DNA from: Podarcis tiliguerta
Taxonomy: Eukaryota
NCBI GenBank assembly: GCA_965153285.1
Contig: OZ229117.1
Reading direction: 5' to 3' (one strand)
DNA: 64,000 nt
Made by a program: the position numbers and the translations under genes. This document shows, in pieces, positions 46,921 through 60,201 of the stretch (position 1 is the first letter of the stretch; every line of letters starts with the position of its first letter). The notes under the pieces are model-generated. The model had not been told where the DNA came from and ran no database searches. It saw nothing but the letters and a program-made list of their open reading frames with translations.

Positions 46921-49800
46921 TTAGTTCTGTTCTGTTTCTTTTGCTCTTCTTTTGCCTCTGGGCAACTCATTGATGAAGGAAGGAGCTGAGCGTTTGCCTC
47001 TCATCCTTGTTCACCGAAAGTCCCCTAACTCGCCTGCCACAAACTGCCCCACCAGGTGCCTTGCAAAGAGAACAACAAAATGGCTGCTGGGAGGGGGCGT
47101 TGGTATCGGGTTCAATATGGTGTTGGTGGATGGTAGTTGCAGCACAGCTTCCTCGCACTTTTGTGCACTGCGTTTGCCTGTGAAACAGCCTCCCTGGTGA
47201 TCAGACATTGCTGTACAGATACTTGCCACCACTTCAACGCTTTTACTGCTGCCAGTTGGTTGGATTGCCTCTTGGTTTTCTAGGAAAGAGGCTTCCAACA
47301 GCTGAATGGCAGGTTGAAAACTCAACAGGTAAAGCTTCCTCCATCACTGTCTCTAGGCAAAGCTCCTCCTGTCAACAAATTCATATATTATTTAAAAATA
47401 TTTATATACCCTTGTTCATTAAAAAAACAACACCAGAGCGGTTTACAGCAATTGTGCAAACCAACCCGTACTTACTATGGCTGTCCTAAGCCTTGGACAC
47501 CCTGTGCTGGGTGTGTGTTTGTGTGCCTTTTACACAGATCCCCAAGTTCCAAGAAAAAGTGCAGCGCAAGACAATTAAAACTAATTCCTTAATTGGAAAG
47601 CCCATTAAAAATATGATTTAAACCTGGAAATGTTTTTTTAGTGTCCTCACCCAGCTCTCATAGATCAATATTTATTGATCTCTGTGCTCCAGATGCCCTT
47701 CCTTATGAAGCCAAAGCAGCCACACAAGCAATAGGAAGATCAGGCAGCTTGGGAGGGAGACCCCAAATTTGCAGAAGTTCAAAATAACTTAAAGCTAAGG
47801 GAGGATTTGTAGCAGACCCTGCTTTCAGAATCCTAAAATAAGGCTTCATCTGGGGCGGGAGGTGTGATGGACTTGTATTTATAGATTTCCAGCGTTTCCC
47901 CAGAACTTGTTTTTTGCATAATAAGAGTCACCAGCTTTCTTTTCGGGCAGTGCTCCTGTGCCTCTTGACAGCTTTGTGGCATGCAGAGAAGCCTGGCTGG
48001 CAAAGCTCTTCTGGGGTGGGAGCTGAATTTTGCTTCTCAGTCATGTAGCTGTTGAAGAGCGCTGTCGGTTGGCAATGCCGTTATGAACTCCCTTTTCCCC
48101 ACAAGTCATTCCGTACCATGTTATATACCACGGGAGGAGTGGCCCTGTTTCACCAGACACCGAATATGGAAGCCTTATAATTCGGGCAGTTCAGGGAGAA
48201 TTCAGATAGCAGGCTTCGTGTCTATTGTTTCAACCAGAAATCTGGTGGAGTGTTAAGAAAAGCTTTGCTGAACCTGGCTAAGCATCCTGTTGCCTGCAGC
48301 ATTGAACCTGGTGCCCCAATAGGAAGCCCACAAGCAGGACCTGAGTGCAAGAGCAGCATCTCTCCCCACTCACACCCCCCAGTATTCATAGGCATGCAAC
48401 CTCCAGCAGTGAGGGACAGCATTGCCATCCTGACTAGAAGCCACCAAGAGCCTTGTTTTCCACAAAACCTTCTAATTCACATGTGCAAAGCAGGATTTTG
48501 CAGCAAAGTGTGTTGGAATCGGATATGCCTGTTCTGATTCAGGCACAGCCCTAAGAAGGCAGAAACCGCCTGGAGCGGGTGGGGTGGGGTCTGTGCTATT
48601 GTTCTTTCCCAGAGGCTGAGCCCCCTCTCCCAACTCCCCGCGATGCTTGGCAAAACTACAAAGGTTCGTACAGACTCAGTTCATCTGACCTGGATGCTTT
48701 ATAACTTCTAAAGTATGTTTGTTGTGGCTGCAATTAGATTGTCAAACACAGCATGTCCACTGGCCTTCTGGTCTGCTGGTTGGTTACATGCAGCATCGAG
48801 GAGGTCTTCATTTTTTAAAACTTTCTTGGTTCTTTTAATGATTGGACTAAGGCAGGTAGGGCAGCTCAGCCTAACCCAGCCTGGTGCTTTACAGATGTTT
48901 TGGACTACAACTCCCATCAGCTCTAGCCAGTGCAGCTGTGTGATGTCAGGGCTGACTGGGGCCAATGAGAGCTGAGGTCCAAAATATCTGGAGGCCACCA
49001 GATCTTAAGGGGATAGGCTGGTCTATCTCCTTTGATTTGTTTGCCTTATTTCCTCCCTTGCCTGCTATAGCCCAGCCTGGCCATGCACTTGGAGTTTAAA
49101 AAGTGTTTTCTACCCAAACTAGGACATGTTCCTAATCCACAGCCAGCTGGCTTTGTGGGGTATAATTCCACAAGATGGCACGGAGGCAACTGTGAATCTC
49201 TGCCCCAGTCAGCCGACCAACTAAGCCAGCAAGAAGGATGTGTGGACTGTTTGCCTCAAGGCCAGCATATGGCCTGACTTGCAGGCTCTTCAAAAGTAGC
49301 TGCCGTTTTGCGAGGAGCAACATAGGAAGCAATGGAATATTTTGAACTGGGCAGTTACTCTGGTGTGGCTGGGGGTGGGAGAGCAAGTGGGCTTCCCTCA
49401 GGCATCTGATTCACCGCTGTGGGAAACAGGATGTGGAGCTACATTGGCCTTTGGTTTGATCCAGCCGGGCTCTCCTAAGGGTCTTAAGATAAGCAGGAGG
49501 CTGTTTTCAATAGAAAATAGCTTTTTGTAGTGAGCTGCTCTGATCCCGGGGGAGAGGGGAGGCGATGGATTTTCTGCTGTCTTGTGTATGGCCTCTTAAT
49601 CCTAAACGTGGTGGGGATCTGCTGCTATATTCAGTTTTTCCCCTCCTTTGTAACTTGGTGATCCAACGTGTGTGCATGACTAAAGAATAATGTCCCTTCT
49701 GCTAATGCTGCAGTTGTGACGTGCATCATTGGTGCCCTGGGCCATCCCCCAGAGGTGATCTTGCAAAACACTCTAACCCTCTCCCAACGTTTCCCCTCAG

Positions 49801-49924
49801 AAACCTGCCTCTGGCCATCATCATCTCCCTGCCCATCGTCACCTTGGTTTACGTCTTGACCAACCTGGCTTACTTCACAACGCTGTCTGTGGATCAGATG
49901 TTGGCGTCGGAAGCCGTTGCTGTG
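49801..49924 (+). CDS. SLC7A5: LAT1 exon 5
   Basis: cctcag|...|gtaaaa, 124 nt. [41 protein letters not shown]. Confidence 0.96.
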
Positions 49925-50866
49925 GTAAAATATGGAGTGACTCACCCGGGAATGGCTGCTCTTTTAGCTAGCTCGCTTCTCTGGCTTTTTGACATTTCCC
50001 TGTGTGCAATCTGGACCTCGTGCTATCTTGGAGTTCCATCTTTGCCATTCAGCCAGCGCTGATCTTTCCCCGTTGCCACCCCCTCTGCGTTGGAGGATGC
50101 CATCATGGCTCACATGGCGATGAGCAGGGATAAGTGGAACGGTAGCCGAGGATATGCATCTGTCTGAGAAACCACCACCACTGGCTATAAGAGCAAATCA
50201 GAGCCTGTGTGGTCTCGTGATCAGTTTCCAAAGTGACGCCTCACAGGGGGAAGTGCTGTGTCAGTATTGACGTGAAATGTCCTCTCCTCCCCCCCCTTTT
50301 TTCTTTTGAGGCCAGCTGTTGTTTTGTCGCTTGTAATTTTAAACACTTAGAGCATGCAGCTGCTACTGATTTATGCAGCCAGCGTGATGGTACCCTGGCT
50401 AGAGGGTTGGGGAGACCTTGGGTCAAATGGGAGCTGGCACATAAAGCCCCTGTAGGGGAAGCCTCTGTCTCTCAGCCTTGCCGATCTCACAGGCTGGTTG
50501 TTGGTGCTAAAACGGAAGGCAGTGTGGAAGAACCATGCCTGTTCTCCTGAGTCCCCTAGAAGGAAGGGGAAGGGGGGAAATGTGACAGGTAACTTGCTCC
50601 TTGTTCTTAATGATTGCCAGCGCAACGACCCAGTGAGAGAGATCAATTCTCAGTTGGCAGGAAGAGGAGAACCAACCCCCCTGTGTGCCTCACTGGGCTG
50701 AGGGTCTCCTGGGTTCAAGTTGGTCTGTGAATCACATGATCTTGCAAATCCAGTTTAGCCCACCTGGGCACTGTCACCTTCCCACTTCTTCACATGCTCA
50801 GCTGTTGGCATCTCCTGGGCAAACCTCTGACACTCCTCTTCTTTCCTCCTTCTTGTTTGCTCATAG

Positions 50867-50970
50867 GATTTTGGGAACTATCACCTGGGCGTCATGGCTT
50901 GGATTATCCCCGTCTTTGTTGGCCTGTCGTGCTTTGGCTCAGTCAATGGGTCACTCTTTACTTCGTCCAG
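50867..50970 (+). CDS. SLC7A5: LAT1 exon 6
   Basis: tcatag|...|gtatgt, 104 nt. [34 protein letters not shown](R). Confidence 0.96.
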
Positions 50971-51594
50971 GTATGTGTCTTGCTCTTCTGGTGGAGTGGG
51001 AGAATCTCCTGTGGTGACTGGAGAGTGGAATTGGAGCTTGGTGCAGGGACCGAATGAAAAGCAGGCAATTCCATAAATACTTCTCCAGGATCTTTCAGGA
51101 GAACAACTTGTATCATGTTTTCCATTTTTTGTTGTGGAATACCTTCCACACTTCTTCTGTATATATTGGCTGTTCCTTGTATCAGGTCAGACTTGTTTAT
51201 CTAGCGTCCAGCACTCTCTGGATGACAGTGGCCTCCTGGGGTCTCAGGCAGAGCAGGGCCTTTCCCCATCACCTCATTAGTAGCTGGAGATGCCGGGGAG
51301 CCTTCTGCATGCCAGGCAAGTGTTCTGCCCCTGACCTACACCCCCTCAATCCCATTGGGGAATATCTCAGAGTGGCCCTTCCCTTTCACACTCTGCAGCG
51401 GACAGAGGCATGGAGGATTAGCTTCCTCCTTGTCTGTATGAAACTGGTGCAGCTCCAGACAGAATCCTCGTGAGGCACAGTAATTTGGCTCCCCAAATCT
51501 CACAAGGAGCTCCTTCTGGCTGCACAGCCCTCTTAAAGTAATTTCAGGCAGTGTGAATTAACCGCAGTGTTGTTCTTTCCTCTCTCTCTCTCAG

Positions 51595-51691
51595 GCTGTT
51601 CTTCGTTGGTGCTCGTGAGGGACACCTGCCTTCTGTTCTGTCTATGATCCATCCCAGGCTCCTCACGCCGGTGCCTTCACTCGTCTTCACA
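51595..51691 (+). CDS. SLC7A5: LAT1 exon 7
   Basis: tctcag|...|gtaagg, 97 nt. [32 protein letters not shown]. Confidence 0.96.
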
Positions 51692-51754
51692 GTAAGGATG
51701 CCCACAGGAAAGCCTCGATCCTTTCCATTTGAGAGGCGGTATAGGCAGTGATGA

Positions 51755-52102
51755 GGACACGGGTGGCGCTGTGGGTTAAACCACAGAGCCTAGGACTTGC
51801 CGATCAGAAGGTCGGCGGTTCGAATCCCCACAACGGGGTGAGCTCCCGTTGCTCGGTCCCTGCTCCTGCCAACCTAGCAGTTCGAAAGCATGTCAAAGTG
51901 CAAGTAGATAAATAGGTACCGCTCCGGCGGGAAGGTAAACGGTGTTTCCGTGCGCTGCTCTGGTTGCCAGAAGCAGCTTAGTCATGCTGGCCACATGACC
52001 CGGAAGCTGTACGCCGGCTCCCTCGGCCAGTAAAGCGAGATGAGCGCCACAACCCCAGAGTCGTCTGTGACTGGACCTAATGGTCAGGGGTCCCTTTACC
52101 TT
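51755..52102 (+). mobile_element. Sauria SINE, full length, young
   Basis: GGACACGGGTGGCGCTGTGGGTTAAACCAC...GGTTCGAATCCC...CCCTTTACCTTT; 15-bp TSD TATAG(G/A)CAGTGATGA (51740-51754 and 52103-52117); many CpGs retained. Confidence 0.93.
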
Positions 52103-54378
52103 TATAGACAGTGATGACCCCCAACCTAGATGGCTTTACAAGACGATTACACAAATTCAGAGAGGAGAGGGATATCAATGGCTACATCTTACTTTCTTAA
52201 GTGGATTTTTTAGTTAAAAAAAAAGATAGTTCTGTTGGCACAACCATTACAACAAAATGGCCAGTGGTGCCAGGAGGTGGGGGGAGAGAATGCAGGTCCA
52301 CCTTCAACAGTTCTGCTCATTCAAGTTTCAGTTTGGAGGGGGCGTGTATTATAATCAAAATATCTTCTACATTCATTAGGCAGAGAGTTAGCTGTTGGCT
52401 TTCCTTGCAGCTTGGTAAGCATCCAATTTCTGTTCCCAACGATACATCGCTATGTTTGGCGAGTGAGGACAGCTCTTCTGTCCGCTGCTGGATTGTTGTG
52501 ATGGTGTTTACTCTTCCAGTGATGTAAAATGATAGGTTTGGCAACCTGCGGGCCGTGACTTACAAACCAGTTCCGCTGCCCTTGGAATAGAGTTCCCTAA
52601 ACAGCAGCAATGCTGTTTTGTTGGATTTTCGATCTGTTCTCAGGACCAAGTTTATACAGGCAGTGACCTCCGTCCAGAATTGAGAAGCAACTATGTAATT
52701 CGAAGATGGTTTAGGAAGAGTTAGTCTTGCAGGCATCGCCTTTTGAACCCTGGGTCACAGCAGATGGCTGATGCCATTCACAAAAGACAGTCTGCGTTTT
52801 GCTTTTGAATTGGTGCGCCTTTCGTTTGCAGTGCCCAAGCAGCACCTGTTGAACATATCCAATTAGCCAAGGCTGCCTCTATCCTTGCTTACTTCCAGCC
52901 CACCTTCTCAGTCGGCTTATTACAGTTGCATCGCTTGGGTCCCTCAAAGCAGGGGAAGATCTGCCCTGATTTAAAGCTGTGGCACTTTGTACCACCTTTG
53001 GGCTAGTGGTCTATACTCACTCCTGCTTGCCCCATCTGGGGCTGGGGGCAGGACATTGTGAAGCTGGAGAAAGGTTCATCCAAAACGATCAGGAGGCTTA
53101 GAGCACCTTCCCAAAATGTTTGGGGCTTGTTCACTCCGGCAGGAATTTTGAGATAGCTTTTAAAAGTGGATTGAGCAAATTCATGAGCAGTGGCTAGCTG
53201 TCATTATGGCTCAATATGCTGCTTCTTTAGGAACATAGGAAGCTTCCTTATACCAACTGGTCCATCTTGCTCTGTTTGGTGGTGGGTTGTTGTTGTTATT
53301 GTTATTATTACCACTACTGCTACTATTATTTAAATATGTATACCACCCTATACCAGCAGATCTCAGAGGTTCACAGCATAAAATCACAATATAAAAACAC
53401 AAAATATGTAATAAAAACAAAAACAAGAGCAACCCAACCATCCCTTCCCTCCCCAACACATTTTAAAAGGGCATCTGATATCAGTGTCTCTCCAGGATTT
53501 CAGGCAGGAGTCTCCCCCAACCCTACCTGAAGATGCCAGGGATTGAACCCGGAACCCTCTGGTTGCAAGACAGATGATCTGGCCCCACACTGCCTCTTTA
53601 GCAGAATACCAGCTGCTGGGGAGCAGTAGCAGCAGCAGCAGAAGTTTGTCAGAGAGGGGTGGCTTTGTCCCCCACTTGCCAGCTTCCACATAGAGAAGCC
53701 GGGTGCTAAGATAGATGAGCCTTTGGTCAGATGGAGCAGGGCTGCTCTTGCATTCTCGTTTCCTCATGGACTGTTCTTTATAGCTTTGGGGGACACAGCA
53801 GTGGAAGAGGCAGTGTTGGAGCCAGGGGAGGCAACGCGGACAGCTGCATCACTCTCTTTTCGAGAGAGAGAGGGGGGGGGAGAGAAAGCAGAAGAGAGGT
53901 CCCAGCTTTGGCGGCTGGGGGGCACTCTGCAGCATTCCTGGCTGCCTCTTGCTGCTCGAAGAACTCCCTGCGGCACAGGCTGAAAGTGTGCCAGGATCCT
54001 CATGCCAGAGCCTGTGGTGACAAGGACAGCAAAGCTGTTCTCACCCAGCTTAAGCCAGCTGCTTCTCTTGAGAACAGCAGTGCATTGTCATCAACACCAG
54101 TTGATTTGGCCTGGCAGTGGGGAGCGTGGTGTGGACAGCAGTCACGGACACTGGATTGGATCACCCTGCTGAATTGCACTCAGTTTTGACCAGGGCGGGG
54201 GGGGGGGGCATCTAGATAGAATTAACTTTCCCCTGCCAATGCAGAAGGCTGCGGCAATTTTCAGAGAGGGTGACACTGGTCCATCAGAGATGGCTTCCCA
54301 CTGACCACTCAGGAAGGGTGTGCGTGGGATTAAGCCATGGATAGGAAACATCTGTAGCTCTGCGGATGTCACTGGGCT

Positions 54379-54420
54379 CATAACCTCCAACATTGCTCTG
54401 ATGAAAATAGGGACGTCCCA

Positions 54421-54458
<38 letters not shown>

Positions 54459-54730
54459 CCCACCCATCTGACTGGGTTGCCTCAACCACTCTGGGCAGCT
54501 TCCAACACATATAAAAACATAATAAAACATTAAATATTACCAAAAAAACCTTCGCAATACAGGGCTGTCTTCAGATGGGGGTTGGATAACTCCATACCCT
54601 CCAACATTTCTCCGATGAAAATCGGAACATCCTAAGGAAAAGCAGGACATTCTGGGATCAAATCAGAAGCTGGGATGGCTTTTGTAAATCTGGGACTGTC
54701 CCTGGGAAATAGGGACACTTGGAGGGTCTG
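54379..54730. mobile_element. Composite DNA-transposon-like element with a duplicated left end and an internal L2 tail
   Basis: CATA(A/C)CCTCCAACATT...GATGAAAAT occurs twice (54379 and about 54592); the right end is TTGGAGGGTCTG; (AAT)n and an L2 3' piece lie between the two left ends. Confidence 0.65.
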
Positions 54731-55297
54731 TGAACTCCAAGCCCCATCCACCCTAGCAGCCAGCATGCCTCATGGATGCGGAGGTGTGTGTGTGATGGAC
54801 CTACAATCTAGCAACATCTGGAGGGGGGCCAACTTGCCACTGCTGTGTTGAGCAAATCTTTTGCTTGAGAGATCAGAGTGCAGACCCCTGGCTGAGGTTT
54901 GGTAAGTTGTTCCAGAAAGCAGCTTCCATTTAATGGAGAGCTGAGAGGGGCGTCGTAGGTTTGTTTGTTTTTTAAAGTTTTTGGGGAAACTGAGAAGGCC
55001 TAGCCGCCTTGCTTGTTTGAGCTTGCGCTCTGAATTTCCTGCTTCTATCTGCTGGTTCTATGCCTACCTCCACCACACACGTTTCAAAGGTTTAAAACTC
55101 AAGTGCAAGAGCCACATTTGTTTTCTAGTGGCTGCCGTTCAAATGGCAAAATCCCCTGCGCTACCACGTCCTCCATTAATTCTCATTTTTGCAAGGGAGG
55201 GCAGGCATTAAAAGGCAATGGTTGTCATTTGGGTCACTCCTGAATTTTATCGATCTGTTTCCTCTCCTCTCCCCACTCCCCCCTTCCAAATCTGCAG

Positions 55298-55447
55298 TGC
55301 ATCATGACTTTGCTCTACGCCTTCTCCAACGACATATTCTCGGTCATCAACTTCTTCAGCTTCTTCAACTGGCTCTGCGTGGCCCTGGCTATCATTGGCA
55401 TGTTGTGGTTGAGATACAAGAAGCCAGAGCTGGAGAGGCCTATAAGG
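55298..55447 (+). CDS. SLC7A5: LAT1 exon 8
   Basis: ctgcag|...|gtgaga, 150 nt. [50 protein letters not shown]. Confidence 0.96.
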
Positions 55448-56400
55448 GTGAGAGAGGGATGTGGTGGGAGCAGCAGAAGTGTGGGAGTTTTCATGGGGGA
55501 TAAGGCTGTCAATGGCTGCCAGCTGCGATGGCCATGCTCTGCCTCCACTGTCAGAGGCAGGTGCTGGGAAGCGCAGCTGGGCAGACTTCTGATGTTGTGC
55601 TCAGGTCCCGCGTTCGAGTTTCCCACAGGCATCTGGTTGGCCGCTGTCAGAACAGGATGCTGGACTAGACGGGTCATTGGCTTGATCCAGCAGGGCTCTT
55701 TTTGTGGGCTCTGTTTATTGATTTACTATAATTTCATCCTGCTTTTCAGTCAGTTATTGTTTCCTAAACTGACTCATATCAATTAAAAAGTGAGAGAAGC
55801 TTCAGCCTCAGATTTACAGACTGAAAAAGGAACTTGAGGCAAGCGGGGGAGGAGGAGGGAAGGGGCATAGCTGGGCCATTTCTTCAAGGCCAAAACCAAG
55901 TAGTGAACTGCAAGAGGGCTTTTACATTCAGCTGATGACAGGCTGGTCTTCCCTTGCTTGTGTTCGTGCTTCAGAGGTCCCTGCAGTTTTGCCCGAATCT
56001 TCTGGAAGGGATTTAAGCAAGTACCAGAAATTTTAAGTTTACACAGTTAAAGTGGAGAGAAGCTCTCTTGTCACACTAGCATATAATAAATTAGCTTTAT
56101 TTTTTAAATAGACTTCTTGGGGGTTGTAAAATGTGGGGGGAAGTGTGGGAGCCAGTGTGGCGTGGTAGTTAGAGTGCTTGATTTGGGAGACCAGGGTTCA
56201 GATCCTCAATTGCCCATGAAGCTCACTGGATTGGACCTTGGGCCAGTCGCTGCCTCTCAGCCTGTTTTTAATGAATTAAACAAAACTGAAGCAGTGAGTG
56301 GTTAATCCAGTCCAATGGTCCCCCCCCCCCATTTAGTATAGAAATTGTCTGACTTTGCTGCTCTTTTGTGTCCCATCCCATGGCCCTTTCCCATGTACAG

Positions 56401-56578
56401 GTGAACCTCCTTTTGCCCGTCTTCTTCATCCTGGCCTGCATATTCCTGATTGTCGTCTCTTTCTGGATGACCCCAAAGGAGTGTGGCATTGGCTTTGCCA
56501 TCATTCTCAGCGGGGTCCCCGTTTACTACTTTGGGGTCTGGTGGAAAAACAAACCAAAGTGGCTTCTCCAGCTCATAT
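56401..56578 (+). CDS. SLC7A5: LAT1 exon 9
   Basis: gtacag|...|gtgagt, 178 nt. VNLLLPVFFILACIFLIVVSFWMTPKECGIGFAIILSGVPVYYFGVWWKNKPKWLLQLI. Confidence 0.96.
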
Positions 56579-58744
56579 GTGAGTCCCTTTCCTGGCTTGC
56601 AGGGTGATGGCGCATGGGTGCGAGAACAGTAATCCGTACTGTTGATCTCAGCATAATGGTATTAAATCAATTGGGGGGGTTAATCCCCTTTCAATAAATT
56701 GTTAAAAGTATGGGAGGAAAAATATATTATTTTTTAACCCATGTGTGTGGGATAAATAACAAAAGAATCAGCTGGATGCCTGGTTTCAAAGTGTGGGACT
56801 AAACTCACTCTCCAGCAGGCGAGAGTCACTAGTAGCAGAGTTTGAACTCACAAAGTCAAACAGCAATAGGAATGTAAACCATTAAACTTTTTGCATATCC
56901 TGTTCAGTCAGCTTTCTATTCCTCTTGCAATGAACAGACAACACACTGTTAAGCAAGTTTAAAATGCTTTACTTACAAAATGTTCCAAAGGTTAGATTCA
57001 TGCATTTATCCAAGCAGCACCAAGAAGAGCACAGACATACTACCCCTAGGCACACTTTTTTTCTGCCTGACTGAGGAGGACCAGTCAGGTTTTGTGGGGG
57101 CAGCTGGAATTCTACGTTCTGGGAACTAGTATTTCTGCTACATTGCCTCTTTGCATCCTCCAACCCTAACCCTCCACACACACTCAACCCCACCCCAGTC
57201 TTTGTAACCAGGAAGCCTGAACTCTGCAGGTAGGTTGCATCATGCCAGCTGAGCAAATTCCCTTATGCTTACACATTTCCAGAGTCTGTGCTTGCTTGGT
57301 AGTGCCACGGGTGTGCAGAATACTTTCCAACCACATCCTTTGCCTGCCAGATATCCCCAGTTCAGTCCCTGGTCTCTCCAGGTTGAGCAGGGAAAACCTC
57401 TTCTGACTGAAATCCCAGAAAGCCCATATTGAGCTGGGTGGACCAATGGTCTGCCTTGACAGAGGGCAGCTTTCTCTGTTCCTATAACGGAAAAGCCCTA
57501 AGATCTGGTTTATTTCACACAACTAAAATGCAACTTTAATCAGCTCCCAGTCACAGTCCTCTTAGCTCTCTCTTCTCTGACTCCCCTGTTGGTCTGTCTC
57601 TCTCCTTGTTAACTTTCCCATCAGGCTAAGACCTTCCTATTCAGACGGGCTGTTGAAAACTAGGTGCAAATGATTTTGACCACTGGGCTGCTCTCAGGGC
57701 AATTGATAATTTCATGCTGGTTCTAAATGGGCTTTGTTGTCTTTTAGCTATTGCTTTTAACTAGTTTATCTTCACTATTTTGCATTTTATGAAGTTGTTT
57801 TAAAAGTGCTGCAAGCCATCTTGAATTCCAACTTGAGAGAAAGGTGGGATATAAAAATATATTAAACAACAACAATAACTTGAGGGCAGCCAGCTTGTAT
57901 ATGCCCACTCCACAGAGCAAGTGTCGGGGGCCATTTGGTGCTCCTGGCCTGCTCTCCTTCTTTTTCAGCCCCAGAAACAAAGTTCTGTTTGAACAGCTGA
58001 ATCATGAGAAGTCTCACTGGATGGTGTCCATGTAACTAAACACCACCATCTGTCTCTCCGGGGGCTCGAGACGACAACAACAAACAGGCTGACCTAGAAA
58101 TGCAGACTAGCAGAAGCGCCAAGGGTTTAATGCTGCACTTTCGGGTGGAGAACGCAAGAGCTTTTCAGTGGTTCCTCTCTCGGATTCTCTCTCCCTTTAC
58201 ACACACACACACTTTCTTCCTCTTCCAAGTATCCGTCGCTGCTCTTAGAGAAGCCAATTTTTAAAGCTGTCGGGTGACAAATCCGCATATTAATTGGGTC
58301 CTGCACTGCAGGCCTTCCTTCCTTCCAGAGAATAGCGGGGGGCAAGGGAGGGGGGAGGCATATGGAATATTCCAGGGTGGATAGAAGGAATCTTTTGCAA
58401 GTGTCTTAATACAAAGCTAATGCTCTTACTGCCTTGTGTTGTTTACCACCCTCCCACCCAAGAAAATCTCCTTGTAGCCAGAAAGTGTTGGTGCAAGCCA
58501 AGTGTCCAGCCCTTTTGCTGGAAGCAGGCAGAAGTTAAATGGGGAACATTTTGAGAGAGGCTTCACATTCTTCAGGGTGCAGCTATGTTTCTCTTTTGTC
58601 CCTCTGGATGAACAGGGGCTACAGGTTTTCTGGGGGGGGGGGGGAATACTTCCAAACCCTGTTCGACAGAGGCAAAAGCGGTGTGAGCATACACACCACT
58701 CACCATGATCTAATGCTCAAACCACCTTTCACATTTTATTATTA

Positions 58745-58957
58745 CAGTGGTACCTCAGGTTACATACGCTTCAGGTTACAGACTCCGCTAACCCAGAAAT
58801 AGTGCTTCAGGTTAAGAACTTTGCTTCAGGATGAGAAAAGAAATCATGCTCGGCGCGGCAGCAGCAGGAGGCCCCATTAGCTAAAGTGGTTAAGAACAGT
58901 TTCAGGTTAAGTACGGACCTCCGGAACGAATTAAGTACTTAACCCGAGGTACCACTG
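58745..58957 (+). mobile_element. Tigger-like MITE followed by a (TAT)n/(GAT)n microsatellite to about 59040
   Basis: TIRs and TA TSD; nearly identical to 11371-11596. Confidence 0.9.
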
Positions 58958-58960
58958 TAA

Positions 58961-59003
<43 letters not shown>

Positions 59004-59316
59004 GATGATTATAATGATAATAATAATGATGATGATGCTGGTCACTTTATCTTGTCCAAGGCAACCCAAAAGCCACTTACATCCAAGCAAACCTATTGTG
59101 GTTTTGTTTGCACACGACGCCTAGACTATGCATCAGGCAGGGGACAGGTGCACATTTGAGAGAGCCACACACTCCTGCTGATTCTAAGCAGAACAACAAT
59201 TTGTTAGAGTGTCCTTAAAACTCCCTTCAGTGTTTACTGTTTCCAAGCATTTCACAATGCAGCTTGGTCATTTTTGTTTTCTGTCCACCCCCACCCCCAA
59301 CCCTACCTCAAAACAG

Positions 59317-59372
59317 ATTCCACGACAGTCCTGTGCCAGAAGCTGATGGAGGTTGTCCCACAGGAATCTTAA
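59317..59372 (+). CDS. SLC7A5: LAT1 terminal coding exon 10, including stop
   Basis: aaacag| acceptor, 56 coding nt. (Y)STTVLCQKLMEVVPQES*. The ten exons total 1596 nt = 531 aa plus stop. Confidence 0.95.
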
Positions 59373-60195
59373 AACTAGAGGAAAGGCATTCGGTCCAAAT
59401 CAACGCACAATATTATTTTGAAAACCACGAGTACGTCGGACTCTTCGTTCAACAAGAAAGCAAACCTCGAAGCCAGGGGCCTGACAGTGACAAGTCCCTA
59501 GACCCCTGCTGCCTGCATGGCCCTCCCCTCCCCTCCTCTCCTCCCTCCCTCCCCTTCCCCCCAAGCCAGGCAGCTGACCAGAGGCAGGAGGCAAAGAGTC
59601 CCAGGTGCAAATTCAATCCAGGAAGAGAAGCTTCTGCTGGGAACCTCAAGAGGCCTCAGTAGACCCTCCAACAGGGAAGCCAACAGGATGGCAATGTTTA
59701 CATGTGCAGCTGTGGGCTGGACTCTTCGGTCTGTCCTTTGCTTGGTCCTCTCTTTCATTAGCTGCCTAAGTTTCTCCACCCTGAGTTCCTTTGCAGAAGG
59801 AAAACGAGAGCTGCCAAGAATCACCAGCAGGCCCACAACTGCCCCTCCACATGTCCAGAAAGGACAAAGAATCCAACGCAACTGATTCTCTTGCCGGCGG
59901 AGGGTTTTCCTGGGGCGCAAAAAATGTCTGTGCCCCTCCCACCCCGAGCTTTACACTCCTTAAAACAGATGGACACGCACACAGGCAGAAGCAAAGAAAA
60001 CTGTGACGCTGAAATTGTGGACTTGCACAGATATCAACTTAATTCCACTCGCAAAAAGACTTGGCTGCCCCAACATGGACTTTTTTTTTTAATTATTATT
60101 GTTGTTAATTATTATTTTTTGGGATCTGCTTTTTATTTTCTCCCCTTTTTTCCCTTTTAAGATTCCCATGTAGTTCCGCTTTGTATTTGACTTGC

Positions 60196-60201
60196 AATAA
60201 A
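60196..60201 (+). terminator. SLC7A5: Candidate SLC7A5 polyadenylation signal
   Basis: AATAAA about 820 nt after the stop, preceded by a T-rich tract and TGTA (60182), followed by TTTTGTATATGGT. Confidence 0.55.

Noticed and set aside
55304-55786. 160-aa ORF and similar ORFs overlapping exons (757-1164, 30866-31153, 49721-50062, 56368-56607)
   Set aside because: Real exons read through into introns or TE sequence; they are not separate genes.
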